From: Propionibacteriaceae bacterium
GTDB lineage: Bacteria; Actinomycetota; Actinomycetes; Propionibacteriales; Propionibacteriaceae
Direction of reading: 5' to 3'
DNA: 47,143 nt
Assembly (NCBI GenBank): GCA_031272195.1
Contig: JAISUF010000021.1
Span: forward strand, 1-47,143
In this document: in pieces, positions 1-13,272 of the stretch
Position numbering within the stretch: position 1 is the stretch's first letter
Layout of the letters: every line of letters begins with the position of its first letter
Made by a program: the position numbers and the translations under genes
The notes under the pieces: model-generated
What the model saw: the letters and a program-made list of their open reading frames with translations, nothing else
Databases searched by the model: none
What the model was told of the DNA's origin: nothing

Positions 1-219
1 GAGCACAACGTCACACCAGCCGCGTCATAACGGATCTGGACCTTCGTCGCCGCCAACGCCGAAGGCGCGCCAACCAGCGACGACCCCACAAAGCCCACGC
101 AGACAGCCACCGCCAACCGCCTCAGCCAACAGCCACCCGGCCTACCGTGTGTGTGTGGCGCTGCGCGACAACTGCGCCATCAGACCACGGGCCCCGGCCC
201 CGAATGCAGACTTGGACAT
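1..219 (-). pseudogene. 5' end of a putative secreted protein gene, frameshifted at a (CA)5 tract; runs off the left edge
   Basis: ATG at 219 with SD AAGGGGG reaches TAG at 144-142. The adjacent frame from 146 to the window edge is open and reads GRPGGCWLRRLAVAVCVGFVGSSLVGAPSALA-ATKVQ, a signal-peptide-like sequence. Confidence 0.45.
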
Positions 220-718
220 GCGTCCCCCTTTATGCGGTTTCCACCCGAGCCGCCATCGGCCACCAGCGGACTGTGAAGCTTTGCCCCACAACCTAGCACC
301 ACCCCACACCCCCACAACAGAGCTTTCACAGAACAAATTCATAACAATTCGATAACGGCCCAGGCCCGCCCCGCGGCAGCGACCACGCCACGCGGCGAGC
401 CAACGGCTCACGCTGCTCAAGCTCCCAAGAAGTGTCAGTCCCCGTGTGTAGGTTTGGGGAACAGGTCAACCGGCGCTGGAAGGAGGGCGCATGGACAAGC
501 AGCTCTCGCTGCTGGAGAACTATCCAGACACGGGCATCGTCCAGGCGGTCAACGGCTGTTGTCGATGGCGCGCCACCAGGGGGCCCATGTGGAATCCATG
601 AAGCCTTTGCGCCATGCGCTGGGAAGCGGAGTGTGTCGCACGCTTGCCGGGGCTGGCATAGACTGTAGGGGCAAGCTAGCTTAAGGAGCAGGACATAACC
701 GCCGAGAGTATTCCGGCC

Positions 719-1681
719 GTGGCCACCAGGCGAGTGGCGATACCGGCCTCGATCAACATGGTGGCCGTGCTCGGTCCGCGTGACGAATTCCTCCACATCT
801 TGGAACGCGAGTTGGACGCCGACATCCACGTGCGGGGCAACGAGATCACTTTCACCGGGGAGCCGCAGGCGGTCGTCGAGGCCGGGGACGTGCTTACGGA
901 GCTGATCACGGTGGTGCGCACCGGCCAGGGCCTGACCGCCGACGCGGTCGAGCGGATCATCGGCATGACCGGGGAGGCCGACGTCAGCGCCGCCGAAGTG
1001 CTGACGCAGAACATCCTGTCGACGCGCGGCAAGACGATCCGGCCCAAGACGCTCAACCAAAAGCGCTACGTCGACGCCATCGACTCGCACACCGTCGTCT
1101 TCGGCATCGGGCCGGCCGGCACCGGCAAGACGTACCTGGCCGTCGCCAAAGCCGTCCAGGCGCTGCAGGCCAAGCTGGTCAACCGGATCGTCTTGACCCG
1201 CCCGGCCATCGAAGCCGGCGAGCGGCTCGGCTTCCTGCCAGGCACGCTGAACGACAAGATCGACCCCTACCTGCGCCCCCTCTACGACGCGCTGCACGAC
1301 ATGTTGGACGCCGCCTCCGTGCCGAAACTGCTGACCTCGGCCACCATCGAGGTGGCGCCGCTGGCCTACATGCGCGGCCGCACGCTGAACGATGCCTTCA
1401 TCATCCTCGACGAGGCGCAGAACACCTCCATGGAGCAGCTCAAGATGTTCCTCACCAGGCTCGGTTTCGGCTCGAAAGTCGTCGTCACCGGCGACGTCAC
1501 GCAGGTCGATTTGCCCTCGGGCACCCGCTCGGGCCTGCGCATGGCCGAGAAGATCCTCGACGGCATCGACGACATCGCCTTCTGCCAGCTCACCCGCCAC
1601 GACGTGGTGCGCCACAAACTGGTCGGCAAGATCGTCGCCGCCTACGACCAATTCGAGGCCCGCGACGGACGGCTTTTCTGA
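719..1681 (+). CDS. phoH: PhoH family ATPase
   Basis: GPAGTGKT Walker A, LTRPAIEAGERLGFLPG, YMRGRTL and LDEAQN motifs. Confidence 0.95.
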   Translation: MATRRVAIPASINMVAVLGPRDEFLHILERELDADIHVRGNEITFTGEPQAVVEAGDVLTELITVVRTGQGLTADAVERIIGMTGEADVSAAEVLTQNILSTRGKTIRPKTLNQKRYVDAIDSHTVVFGIGPAGTGKTYLAVAKAVQALQAKLVNRIVLTRPAIEAGERLGFLPGTLNDKIDPYLRPLYDALHDMLDAASVPKLLTSATIEVAPLAYMRGRTLNDAFIILDEAQNTSMEQLKMFLTRLGFGSKVVVTGDVTQVDLPSGTRSGLRMAEKILDGIDDIAFCQLTRHDVVRHKLVGKIVAAYDQFEARDGRLF

Positions 1682-1691
1682 GAGGCTGGCA

Positions 1692-2150
1692 ATGATCGAG
1701 ATCAACAACGAGTCCGGCGTGGCCGTCGACGAGAAGCGGCTGCAAGAATTGGCCGTTTTCGCCCTCGACTATCTGCGCATCCATCCGCAGGCGGAGCTTT
1801 CCGTGGTGCTGGTGGACGAGGCGACCATGGCCGAATACCACGAGCGTTTCATGGGCGAGCCGGGGCCGACCGATGTGCTGAGCTTCCCGATGGACGAGCT
1901 GCGCGCTCCCGAGCCCGGCGAGGAGCCGCCCGTCGGACTGTTGGGCGACATCATGCTGTGCCCCCAGGTGACGTCCGCCCAAGCGGCGGACAACGGGCGC
2001 CAGTCCGAGGACGAGGCCGACTATCTGCTGATCCACGGCCTGCTCCACCTGCTCGGCCACGACCACGCCGAAGCCGAGGAGAAGAAGACGATGTTCGACC
2101 TCAACGACGCCCTGATCGCCGCCTGGAAACAGACCAGGAAGCGCCGATGA
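1692..2150 (+). CDS. ybeY: rRNA maturation endoribonuclease YbeY
   Basis: PTDVLSFPM and IHGLLHLLGHDH (H3xH5xH) motifs; ATG 1692 with GAGG SD; downstream of phoH. Confidence 0.95.
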   Translation: MIEINNESGVAVDEKRLQELAVFALDYLRIHPQAELSVVLVDEATMAEYHERFMGEPGPTDVLSFPMDELRAPEPGEEPPVGLLGDIMLCPQVTSAQAADNGRQSEDEADYLLIHGLLHLLGHDHAEAEEKKTMFDLNDALIAAWKQTRKRR

Positions 2151-2253
2151 GCGGCCATAGACCGCCGCTCCCGGCGCCGACGGCGAACAGCGCCGCCACC
2201 ATGCCTTCGGCGTCGTGCCGGACCCTATCCGTCGCGAGCCTGGAGCCTGCCTC

Positions 2254-3585
2254 GTGAGCGCGACGCATTGGGCATGGATAGGCTGCGCCGTCGTTTGCGC
2301 GGCGCTGGCCGGTTTGGCGACGGCGGCCGAGGCGGCCTTCGCGTCGCTGTCGAAGGCCCGCGCCAAAGAGCTGGTCGAGGAGGGCAGGCGCGGAGCCGAG
2401 CGGCTGCTCGACATGCTGGCCGACGTCCCCCGCTATCTCAACACCGCCCTTTTCCTGCGCTCGCTGCTGGAGATCGCCGCGACCGTCTTGGTGGCCATGG
2501 TCTTCTTCGACAACTTCGGCCCCGACTGGGAGCAGATCGTCTTCCCAGTGTTGACGATGCTGGTGGTGTCGTTCATCCTGCTCGGCGTGGCCCCGCGCAC
2601 CCTGGGGCGCCAGCACGCCGAGGCGTGGGCGCTGCGCACCTCGGGCCCGCTGCGGGCCCTGGCGGCCGTGCTCGGGCCGGTGCTGCGCCTGATGATCCTG
2701 ATCGGCAACGCCGTCACTCCCGGCAAGGGCTACGCCGACGGCCCGTTCGCCTCCGAGGCCGAGCTGCGCGAGCTGGTCGACATGGCCGAGGCCCGCGATC
2801 TGATCGAGGACGACGAGCGCAAGATGATCCACTCGGTGTTCGACCTCGGCGACACGATCGTCAAAGAGGTCATGGTGCCGCGCACCGACATGGTCTACAT
2901 CGAGTCGTCGAAGACGCTGCGGCAAGGCGTTTCGCTGGCGCTGCGGTCCGGCTTCTCGCGCATCCCGGTGGTCGGCGAGGACGTCGACGACGTGGTCGGC
3001 ATCCTCTATCTGAAGGACGTCATCCGCCGCATGTACGACAACCCCGCCTCGCAAACCTCCGAGCTGGTAGAGGCGCTGATGCGCCCGCCGGAGTTCGTGC
3101 CCGACTCCAAACCGGTCGACGAGCTGCTGCGCGAGATGCAGCTGACCCACTCCCACGTCGTCATCGTCATCGACGAGTTCGGCGGCACGGCCGGCCTGGC
3201 GACCATCGAGGATGTGCTGGAGGAGATCGTCGGCGAGATCGTCGACGAGTACGACCACGAGGTGCCGCCCGTCGTCGAGTTGGGCGACGACCGCTACCGC
3301 GTCTCGGCGCGCCTGCCGGTGGACGAGCTGGGCGAGCTTTTCGGCCTGGAGGCCGACGACGAGGACGTCGAGACGGTGCTCGGACTGATCGCCAAACAGC
3401 TCGACATGGTGCCGATTCCCGGCTCGCGGATCGTCTGGGAGGGCATCGAGCTGGTCGCCGAGCGGGGGGCCGGGCGGCGTCACGCCATCCAGACGGTGCT
3501 GGCCTCCAAAGCGCCGCAGGAGCCCGACGAGGTGGCCGCCCAGGTGGCCGCCAAGCTGGCCGGGGCGAAGGAGCCGGATGCGTAG
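2254..3585 (+). CDS. Hemolysin/CorC-HlyC family membrane protein (CNNM + CBS domains)
   Basis: N-terminal TM segments, EVMVPRTDM, SGFSRIPV, DEFGGTAGLATIEDVLEEIVGEI; GTG 2254 after GGAG. Confidence 0.9.
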   Translation: MSATHWAWIGCAVVCAALAGLATAAEAAFASLSKARAKELVEEGRRGAERLLDMLADVPRYLNTALFLRSLLEIAATVLVAMVFFDNFGPDWEQIVFPVLTMLVVSFILLGVAPRTLGRQHAEAWALRTSGPLRALAAVLGPVLRLMILIGNAVTPGKGYADGPFASEAELRELVDMAEARDLIEDDERKMIHSVFDLGDTIVKEVMVPRTDMVYIESSKTLRQGVSLALRSGFSRIPVVGEDVDDVVGILYLKDVIRRMYDNPASQTSELVEALMRPPEFVPDSKPVDELLREMQLTHSHVVIVIDEFGGTAGLATIEDVLEEIVGEIVDEYDHEVPPVVELGDDRYRVSARLPVDELGELFGLEADDEDVETVLGLIAKQLDMVPIPGSRIVWEGIELVAERGAGRRHAIQTVLASKAPQEPDEVAAQVAAKLAGAKEPDA

Positions 3586-4483
3586 CGGATTCGCCTGTCT
3601 GGTGGGACGGCCCAACGCCGGAAAGTCCACCTTGACCAACGCCCTTGTCGGGACGAAGGTGGCCATCGCCTCGTCGAAGCCGCAGACCACCCGCCACGCC
3701 GTGCGGGGCATCCTCAACCGCCCCGACGCCCAACTGATAATCATCGACACGCCGGGCCTGCACCGGCCCCGGACGCTGCTGGGCGAGCGGCTCAACGACT
3801 TGGTGCGGGCCACCTGGTCGGAGGTGGACGTGGTGGGCGTGTGCCTGCCCGCCGACCAGAAGATCGGGCCGGGCGACCGCTATCTGGCAGGCGAGGTCGC
3901 CAAACTGCCTCCCAAACTGGTTGCGCTGGCGACGAAATCGGACCTGGTCTCGCCCGCGCGGATGGCCGAGCACCTGCTGGGCATCCAGGCCTTGGAGGAC
4001 GAGCTGGGCCTGGAGTGGGCGTCGGTCGTCCCCGTCAGCGCCCTGACCGGCGAGCAGGTTGCCGTGGTCGCCGACGAGATCGTCGAACTGCTGCCCGAGG
4101 GGCCGCTGTACTACCCCGACGGCGAGGTCACCGACGAGCCCGACGAGGTGGTCTACGCCGAGCTGATCCGCGAGGCCGCCCTGGAGGGGGTGCGCGACGA
4201 GCTGCCGCATTCGATCGCGGTTGCGATCGACGAAATGGGCCTTCGCCCCGGCCGTCCGGCCGACCGGCCGCTGCTGGACATTTTCGCCTCGCTGGTGGTG
4301 GAGCGCGAGTCGCAGAAGGGCATCGTCATCGGCCGTCAAGGGGCCCGCCTGCGCGAGATAGGCGCCGCCGCCCGCCGCCAAATCGAGGCCCTGGCGGGCA
4401 CGCAAGTCAACCTCGACCTGCACGTCAAAGTGATGAAGGACTGGCAGCGCGACCCCAAACAACTCAACCGGCTGGGATTCTGA
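3578..4483 (+). CDS. era: GTPase Era
   Basis: GRPNAGKSTL, KPQTTR, DTPGLH, KH-domain VERESQKGIVIG. Confidence 0.96.
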   Translation: MRSGFACLVGRPNAGKSTLTNALVGTKVAIASSKPQTTRHAVRGILNRPDAQLIIIDTPGLHRPRTLLGERLNDLVRATWSEVDVVGVCLPADQKIGPGDRYLAGEVAKLPPKLVALATKSDLVSPARMAEHLLGIQALEDELGLEWASVVPVSALTGEQVAVVADEIVELLPEGPLYYPDGEVTDEPDEVVYAELIREAALEGVRDELPHSIAVAIDEMGLRPGRPADRPLLDIFASLVVERESQKGIVIGRQGARLREIGAAARRQIEALAGTQVNLDLHVKVMKDWQRDPKQLNRLGF

Positions 4484-4590
4484 GGCGACGGGTCGCACGG
4501 CCCTGGGCGTGTCGCGACTGGACGAGGCGGCTATGGCGCCGCGCGGCCAAACCCGCCACAATGGTCCTAGCGACTTTCTAAGGAGGGGAC

Positions 4591-6594
4591 ATGCGAGTCT
4601 CCCGCATGTTGGCGGCCGCGTCCGCGCTCGGTTTGGCGGCGACAATTCTGATCGGCCCGGCCCAGACGGCCCAAGCCGAGGACGCGCTGCCCGCCGGGGC
4701 GGTGGCCCCGCTCGACTACGCCGCGACCGGCATTCTGAAGGGCATGTACGGGCAGTACGGGCGCGACTGGAACTGGGCCAGCCCGGCCAGCCTGTACGTC
4801 TATCCGGTTGGCGCCAAAGTCGGCGTCGTGGCCGTCGACAAGTCGAACGCCTGGTTCACCGCCACAACCTATGGCGCCTCGCAGCCGGCCAGCGCCGGCG
4901 GCGCCGCCACTTACTCCCCGGTCGACACCAAGACGGTGTCGTTCGCCGACTTCCCCGTCTGGGGCGGTTTCTACGCCGCGTCCGACGGCAACTACTACGT
5001 GGTGACGGGCAAGGCCAACACGGCCGAGAGCAAGACCGACAATGTCATCGCCATCGGCAAGTACGACGCCAACTGGCAACTGCTGGCCACCGGCTATGTG
5101 GCCGGCGGCGTGACGCAGGAGTTCGAGGGGGTTTACAAGCCGTTCGAGGCGGGCTCGGTGTCGATGGCGCTGGTCGGCGGCTCGCTGATCGTCCACACCG
5201 CCCGGCAGATGTTCGCCGCCGCCGACGGCGTCCGCCACCAGTCCAACCTCACCTTCGAGGTGGACACCGCCACCATGGCGACGACGTCGTTCGACGCCAA
5301 GGGCATCGGCGGTCCGTACGCCTCCCACTCGTTCAACCAGTTCGTCCAGGCTCAGGGCAACGAGGTGGTTTTCGTCGACCACGGCGACGCCTATCCGCGG
5401 GCCTTGATGATCAGCGGGCTGCGCGGCTACTCGCCCGGCGCCATGACGCTGGACGCGGCCGCCGGCGTCTATTGGTACACCTATGAGCCGCTGAAGTTCG
5501 TCGGCGACCTGGGCAACAACGCCACTTACGCCTCGGTCACCGGTTTCGAGCTGGGCCAAGGCCAGGCGCTGGTGGTCGGCAGCTCCGATCCGCAGGACGG
5601 CGAGATCGCCGGCGTCTCGGGGGCCACCGCCAGCCTGAAGCGCAACGTTTTCCTGGTGACGGCCGCCACAGGCGACGCCGCGCCCAAGAAGACGTGCACC
5701 TGGCAGACCGTCTCGGGCACCGCCAAACAGGTTTGCAGCACCGATCCGGCCGGTTCGTCGTCGCTTACCTGGCTGACGCAGTTGTCGCCCGTCGGGACGG
5801 CGGGCGTTGGCGAGCCGAGGCTGGTGAAGCTGTCCGACAACCGTTTCGCCGTTCTGTACGACGTGGCCGACGCCGGCTCGCACACTTTGAACTACAAGCT
5901 GATCGATTCGACGGGCGCGGTCCTGGCCAGCCAATCGTGGCCGGGGGAGTATTTCGGCTCCGACTCCCAGCCCGTCCTGATCGGGTCGAGCCTGTGGTGG
6001 GCCGACGTGCCAGGCGAGACTTCGACGACGCCGTACCTATACGCCTTGAACGTCGCCAAGCCAACCGCCCCCCGCGTCGCCTTGACGCCCAGCGCGTTGA
6101 GCGTCGACGGGGCGCTGGCCGTCGGCGCCAAGTCGGCCGCCGCGCTGAAGATCGTCCTCGACGGCGAGACGCTGACCAGCGGCGCCGACTACTCCGCCAA
6201 GGTCTCCGGCACATCCAAGGTCGGCTTGGGGAAGGTCGTCGTCACCGGCAAGGGGCGCTATTCGGCCAAGGTGACCGCCAGCGTGCTGGTCAACCCGGTC
6301 AAGACGAAGGTGACGAAGGCCACCGCCGGCAAAGGCAAGGTGACCGTCAAGTGGAAGAAGATCGCCAAGAGCCAGGTGACCAAGTATCAAGTCGCCTATC
6401 GCGTCAAGGGCGACAAGTCGTGGAAGACGAAGACCGTCAAGGCGAGCGCGTCTTCGCTGGCGGTCAAGAAGCTGAAGAAGGGCAAGGCCTACCAGGTGCG
6501 CGTGCGGGCCTACAAGAAGATCGCCTCGGGCGCGTCCAACGGCACCTACTACGGCGCTTGGAGCAGCGTCAAGACGTCGGCCAAAGTGAAGTAG
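4591..6594 (+). CDS. Secreted protein with uncharacterised N-terminal domain and C-terminal Lys-rich fibronectin type III-like domain
   Basis: SD AAGGAGG; signal peptide ending AQA; C-terminus VTVKWKK...YQVAYR...LKKGKAYQVRVRAY...YYGAWS resembles FN3. Confidence 0.8.
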   Translation: MRVSRMLAAASALGLAATILIGPAQTAQAEDALPAGAVAPLDYAATGILKGMYGQYGRDWNWASPASLYVYPVGAKVGVVAVDKSNAWFTATTYGASQPASAGGAATYSPVDTKTVSFADFPVWGGFYAASDGNYYVVTGKANTAESKTDNVIAIGKYDANWQLLATGYVAGGVTQEFEGVYKPFEAGSVSMALVGGSLIVHTARQMFAAADGVRHQSNLTFEVDTATMATTSFDAKGIGGPYASHSFNQFVQAQGNEVVFVDHGDAYPRALMISGLRGYSPGAMTLDAAAGVYWYTYEPLKFVGDLGNNATYASVTGFELGQGQALVVGSSDPQDGEIAGVSGATASLKRNVFLVTAATGDAAPKKTCTWQTVSGTAKQVCSTDPAGSSSLTWLTQLSPVGTAGVGEPRLVKLSDNRFAVLYDVADAGSHTLNYKLIDSTGAVLASQSWPGEYFGSDSQPVLIGSSLWWADVPGETSTTPYLYALNVAKPTAPRVALTPSALSVDGALAVGAKSAAALKIVLDGETLTSGADYSAKVSGTSKVGLGKVVVTGKGRYSAKVTASVLVNPVKTKVTKATAGKGKVTVKWKKIAKSQVTKYQVAYRVKGDKSWKTKTVKASASSLAVKKLKKGKAYQVRVRAYKKIASGASNGTYYGAWSSVKTSAKVK

Positions 6595-6602
6595 CCTGCT
6601 CC

Positions 6603-7070
6603 TCAGGCGGGCGGCTCCGGGATCGGTTGGCGCTCGTCCAGGGCGGCGATCTCGCCGACCCGCCGCGAGTGGCGCTCCCCGCCCTCCCAAGGCGTTGTCA
6701 AGAAGACGTCGACGATCATCGTGGCCAGGTCGGGCCCGATGACGCGCGCCCCCATGGCGAGCAGGTTGGCGTTGTTGTGGGCCCGCCCCATCTTGGCTGT
6801 GTACGGCTCGCTGGCCAGCACGCAGCGGGCGCCCGGCACCTTGTTGGCCGACATCGAGATGCCCGCCCCAGACCCGCAGATGACAATGCCCAGATCGGCT
6901 TCGCCGGCCACCACTTTGCGGGCCGCGGCCGCCCCGTAGATCGGATAGTCGGTCGACTCGGCCGAGTTGGTGCCGAGGTCGGTGACGGTGTGGCCGAGTT
7001 CGGCCAGGTGCGCGGCGACATGCCGCTTCAACTCGACAGCCGCGTGGTCGTTGCCCAAGACGATATGCAT
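6603..7070 (-). CDS. rpiB: Ribose-5-phosphate isomerase B
   Basis: NDHAA, DYP, ICGSGAGISMSANKVPG, HNNANLLAMGAR, RHSRRV. Confidence 0.93.
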   Translation of the reverse strand: MHIVLGNDHAAVELKRHVAAHLAELGHTVTDLGTNSAESTDYPIYGAAAARKVVAGEADLGIVICGSGAGISMSANKVPGARCVLASEPYTAKMGRAHNNANLLAMGARVIGPDLATMIVDVFLTTPWEGGERHSRRVGEIAALDERQPIPEPPA

Positions 7071-7203
7071 GCCGTCCAGTCTACGGCTGGCGTCCCGACC
7101 GCGTCGGCGCGGCGATGCGAGCGGCCGGCCGATTTCGACCGTCTGGCGCGCCCGCCTGACAGCATGCCCAGTGCCACTGCCTCGGCGTGGTAAAGTACCC
7201 GTC

Positions 7204-7248
7204 GTGGCGCAAGCAACCCTGCTGCTTCTCAGCCGCGACGGGGCTTGA
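7204..7248 (+). CDS. leuA leader peptide MAQATLLLLSRDGA
   Basis: GTG 7 nt after extended -10 TGGTAAAGT; four consecutive Leu codons at 7219-7230; 67 nt upstream of leuA. Confidence 0.8.
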   Translation: MAQATLLLLSRDGA

Positions 7249-7249
7249 T

Positions 7250-9046
<1,797 letters not shown>

Positions 9047-9110
9047 TGGCGCTCTCCCGCGGCCCGGCGCGGGCGGGCGAGTCGGTTGGGGCGGGCGCTA
9101 GTCTTGGCCC

Positions 9111-11654
<2,544 letters not shown>

Positions 11655-11657
11655 TTC

Positions 11658-11686
11658 TTGATTTTGCCTTTTGTGGGGTGCATACT
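11658..11686 (+). promoter_or_regulatory. sigma70-type promoter of hsp20
   Basis: TTGATT-N17-CATACT. Confidence 0.6.
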
Positions 11687-11696
11687 GGACGTGTTG

Positions 11697-11723
11697 TTAG
11701 CACTCACACCATGAGAGTGCTAA
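11697..11723. promoter_or_regulatory. CIRCE (HrcA operator)
   Basis: Perfect TTAGCACTC-N9-GAGTGCTAA. Confidence 0.95.
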
Positions 11724-11773
11724 CAAGGACGGGGGCCGCACAGGCCCCAGGGAGCAAGACTAAGGAGCACAAC

Positions 11774-12193
11774 ATGGCACGCACATTCGACCCGTTCAGG
11801 GAACTCTTCACCGACGTCGCCCGCACCCCGGCGGCCACCGCGATGCCGATGGACCTCTATCGCGACGGCGACGCCTTCGTGGCGCAGATCGACCTGCCTG
11901 GCGTCGATCCGTCGTCCATCGATGTGGACGTCGACGACCGCCAGCTCACCATCCGCGCCGAGCGGTCCAGCCAGGCCGTCGAGGGGCAGAAGTGGCTGGT
12001 GCGGGAGCGCCCGGCGGGCACCTTCGCCCGTCAGCTCACCCTCGGCTACGGCGTCGCGCTGGACAAGATCGAGGCCAACTACGCCGACGGCGTGCTGAGC
12101 CTGCGCATTCCGGTGGCCGAGGAGGCCAAGCCGCGCAAGATCGAGGTCACCCACGCCGACCAGGCCCGCCAGATCGAAGGCGAGGCCGAGTAG
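11774..12193 (+). CDS. Hsp20/alpha-crystallin small heat shock protein
   Basis: MPMDLYR, DLPGVDP, RERPAGTFARQL, ANYADGVLSLRIP, PRKIEV; SD TAAGGAG. Confidence 0.93.
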   Translation: MARTFDPFRELFTDVARTPAATAMPMDLYRDGDAFVAQIDLPGVDPSSIDVDVDDRQLTIRAERSSQAVEGQKWLVRERPAGTFARQLTLGYGVALDKIEANYADGVLSLRIPVAEEAKPRKIEVTHADQARQIEGEAE

Positions 12194-12207
12194 GGAACTG
12201 GCCTGCA

Positions 12208-12237
12208 ACCGGGCCCGGGGACGCCGCCGGGCCCGGT
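12208..12237. terminator. GC-rich hairpin between convergent hsp20 and uppS
   Basis: 11-bp stem ACCGGGCCCGG/CCGGGCCCGGT. Confidence 0.55.
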
Positions 12238-12329
12238 GTCGCGCCAAGTAGTGGATGACGGCGCGCCGCCGCCGCTGGCGCCGCTGCCCAAGCGGTGGCG
12301 AGCCGCCAACACCATGCGGGAGCGGGTGG

Positions 12330-13085
12330 TCAGGCCGAGCCGAAGCGGCGGTCGCGGCCGGCGTAGTCTTCGACGGCGGCCCACAGGTCGCGGCGGTCGA
12401 AGTCGGGCCACAGCTTGTCGGAGAAGAACAATTCGGCGTAGGCGGACTGCCACACCAAGAAGTTGGAGGTGCGCAGCTCGCCGGAGCTGCGGATGAACAG
12501 GTCGACGTCGGGGATGTCGGGCTCATCCAAGAACTTGCGGAAAGACTTTTCCGTCAGGTGGGCGGGGTCGAGTTTCCCGGCGGCGGCCTGTTCGGCTATC
12601 TGGCGGGCGGCGTCGACGATCTCGGCGCGTCCGCCGTAATTCATGCAGAACTGGAGCGTCAAGACGTCGTTGCCTTTGGTCTGCTCCTCGGCGATCTCCA
12701 ACTCCTTGATGACCGACCGCCACAGTCTAGGGGCGCGTCCGGCCCAGCGCACCCGCACGCCGAGGGCGTCCAAGTCGTCGCGGCGGCGGTGCAGCACGTT
12801 GCGGTTGAACCCCATGATCCAGCGCACCTCGTCGGGCGAGCGCTTCCAATTCTCGGTCGAGAAGGCGTAGGCCGAAAGATATTTGACGCCGATCTCGATG
12901 GCCCCCTCGATGACGTCGAACAGCGACGCCTCGCCGCGCTTGTGTCCCTCGGTGCGGACCAGCCCGCGGGCCTTCGCCCAGCGCCCGTTGCCGTCCATGA
13001 CGACGGCGACATGCCTCGGCACCCGCCGAGGGTCGAGCGTTGGCGGCTTGGCTCCGGAAGGATGCGGCGCGGGCGTCTTGGGCAT
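12330..13085 (-). CDS. uppS: Polyprenyl (undecaprenyl) diphosphate synthase
   Basis: [41 protein letters not shown]; leaderless ATG 7 nt after TAGGCT. Confidence 0.94.
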   Translation of the reverse strand: MPKTPAPHPSGAKPPTLDPRRVPRHVAVVMDGNGRWAKARGLVRTEGHKRGEASLFDVIEGAIEIGVKYLSAYAFSTENWKRSPDEVRWIMGFNRNVLHRRRDDLDALGVRVRWAGRAPRLWRSVIKELEIAEEQTKGNDVLTLQFCMNYGGRAEIVDAARQIAEQAAAGKLDPAHLTEKSFRKFLDEPDIPDVDLFIRSSGELRTSNFLVWQSAYAELFFSDKLWPDFDRRDLWAAVEDYAGRDRRFGSA

Positions 13086-13272
13086 ACCCCCCAGCCTAGT
13101 GTGCGAACCGGGGCGGGATCCGCGTCTGGATTGGTACAATCTCCCCGAGCAGTTCGGCGCAGGACGGGGGTGGTTGTATGTCTGACCAACCTAGTCGCGT
13201 CTCCAATTCTTGACGCTTTCCCGATCCGCCGCTTCGCGGCCCACTGCTGCCCGCCAAAGTGAGGAGTCCACC

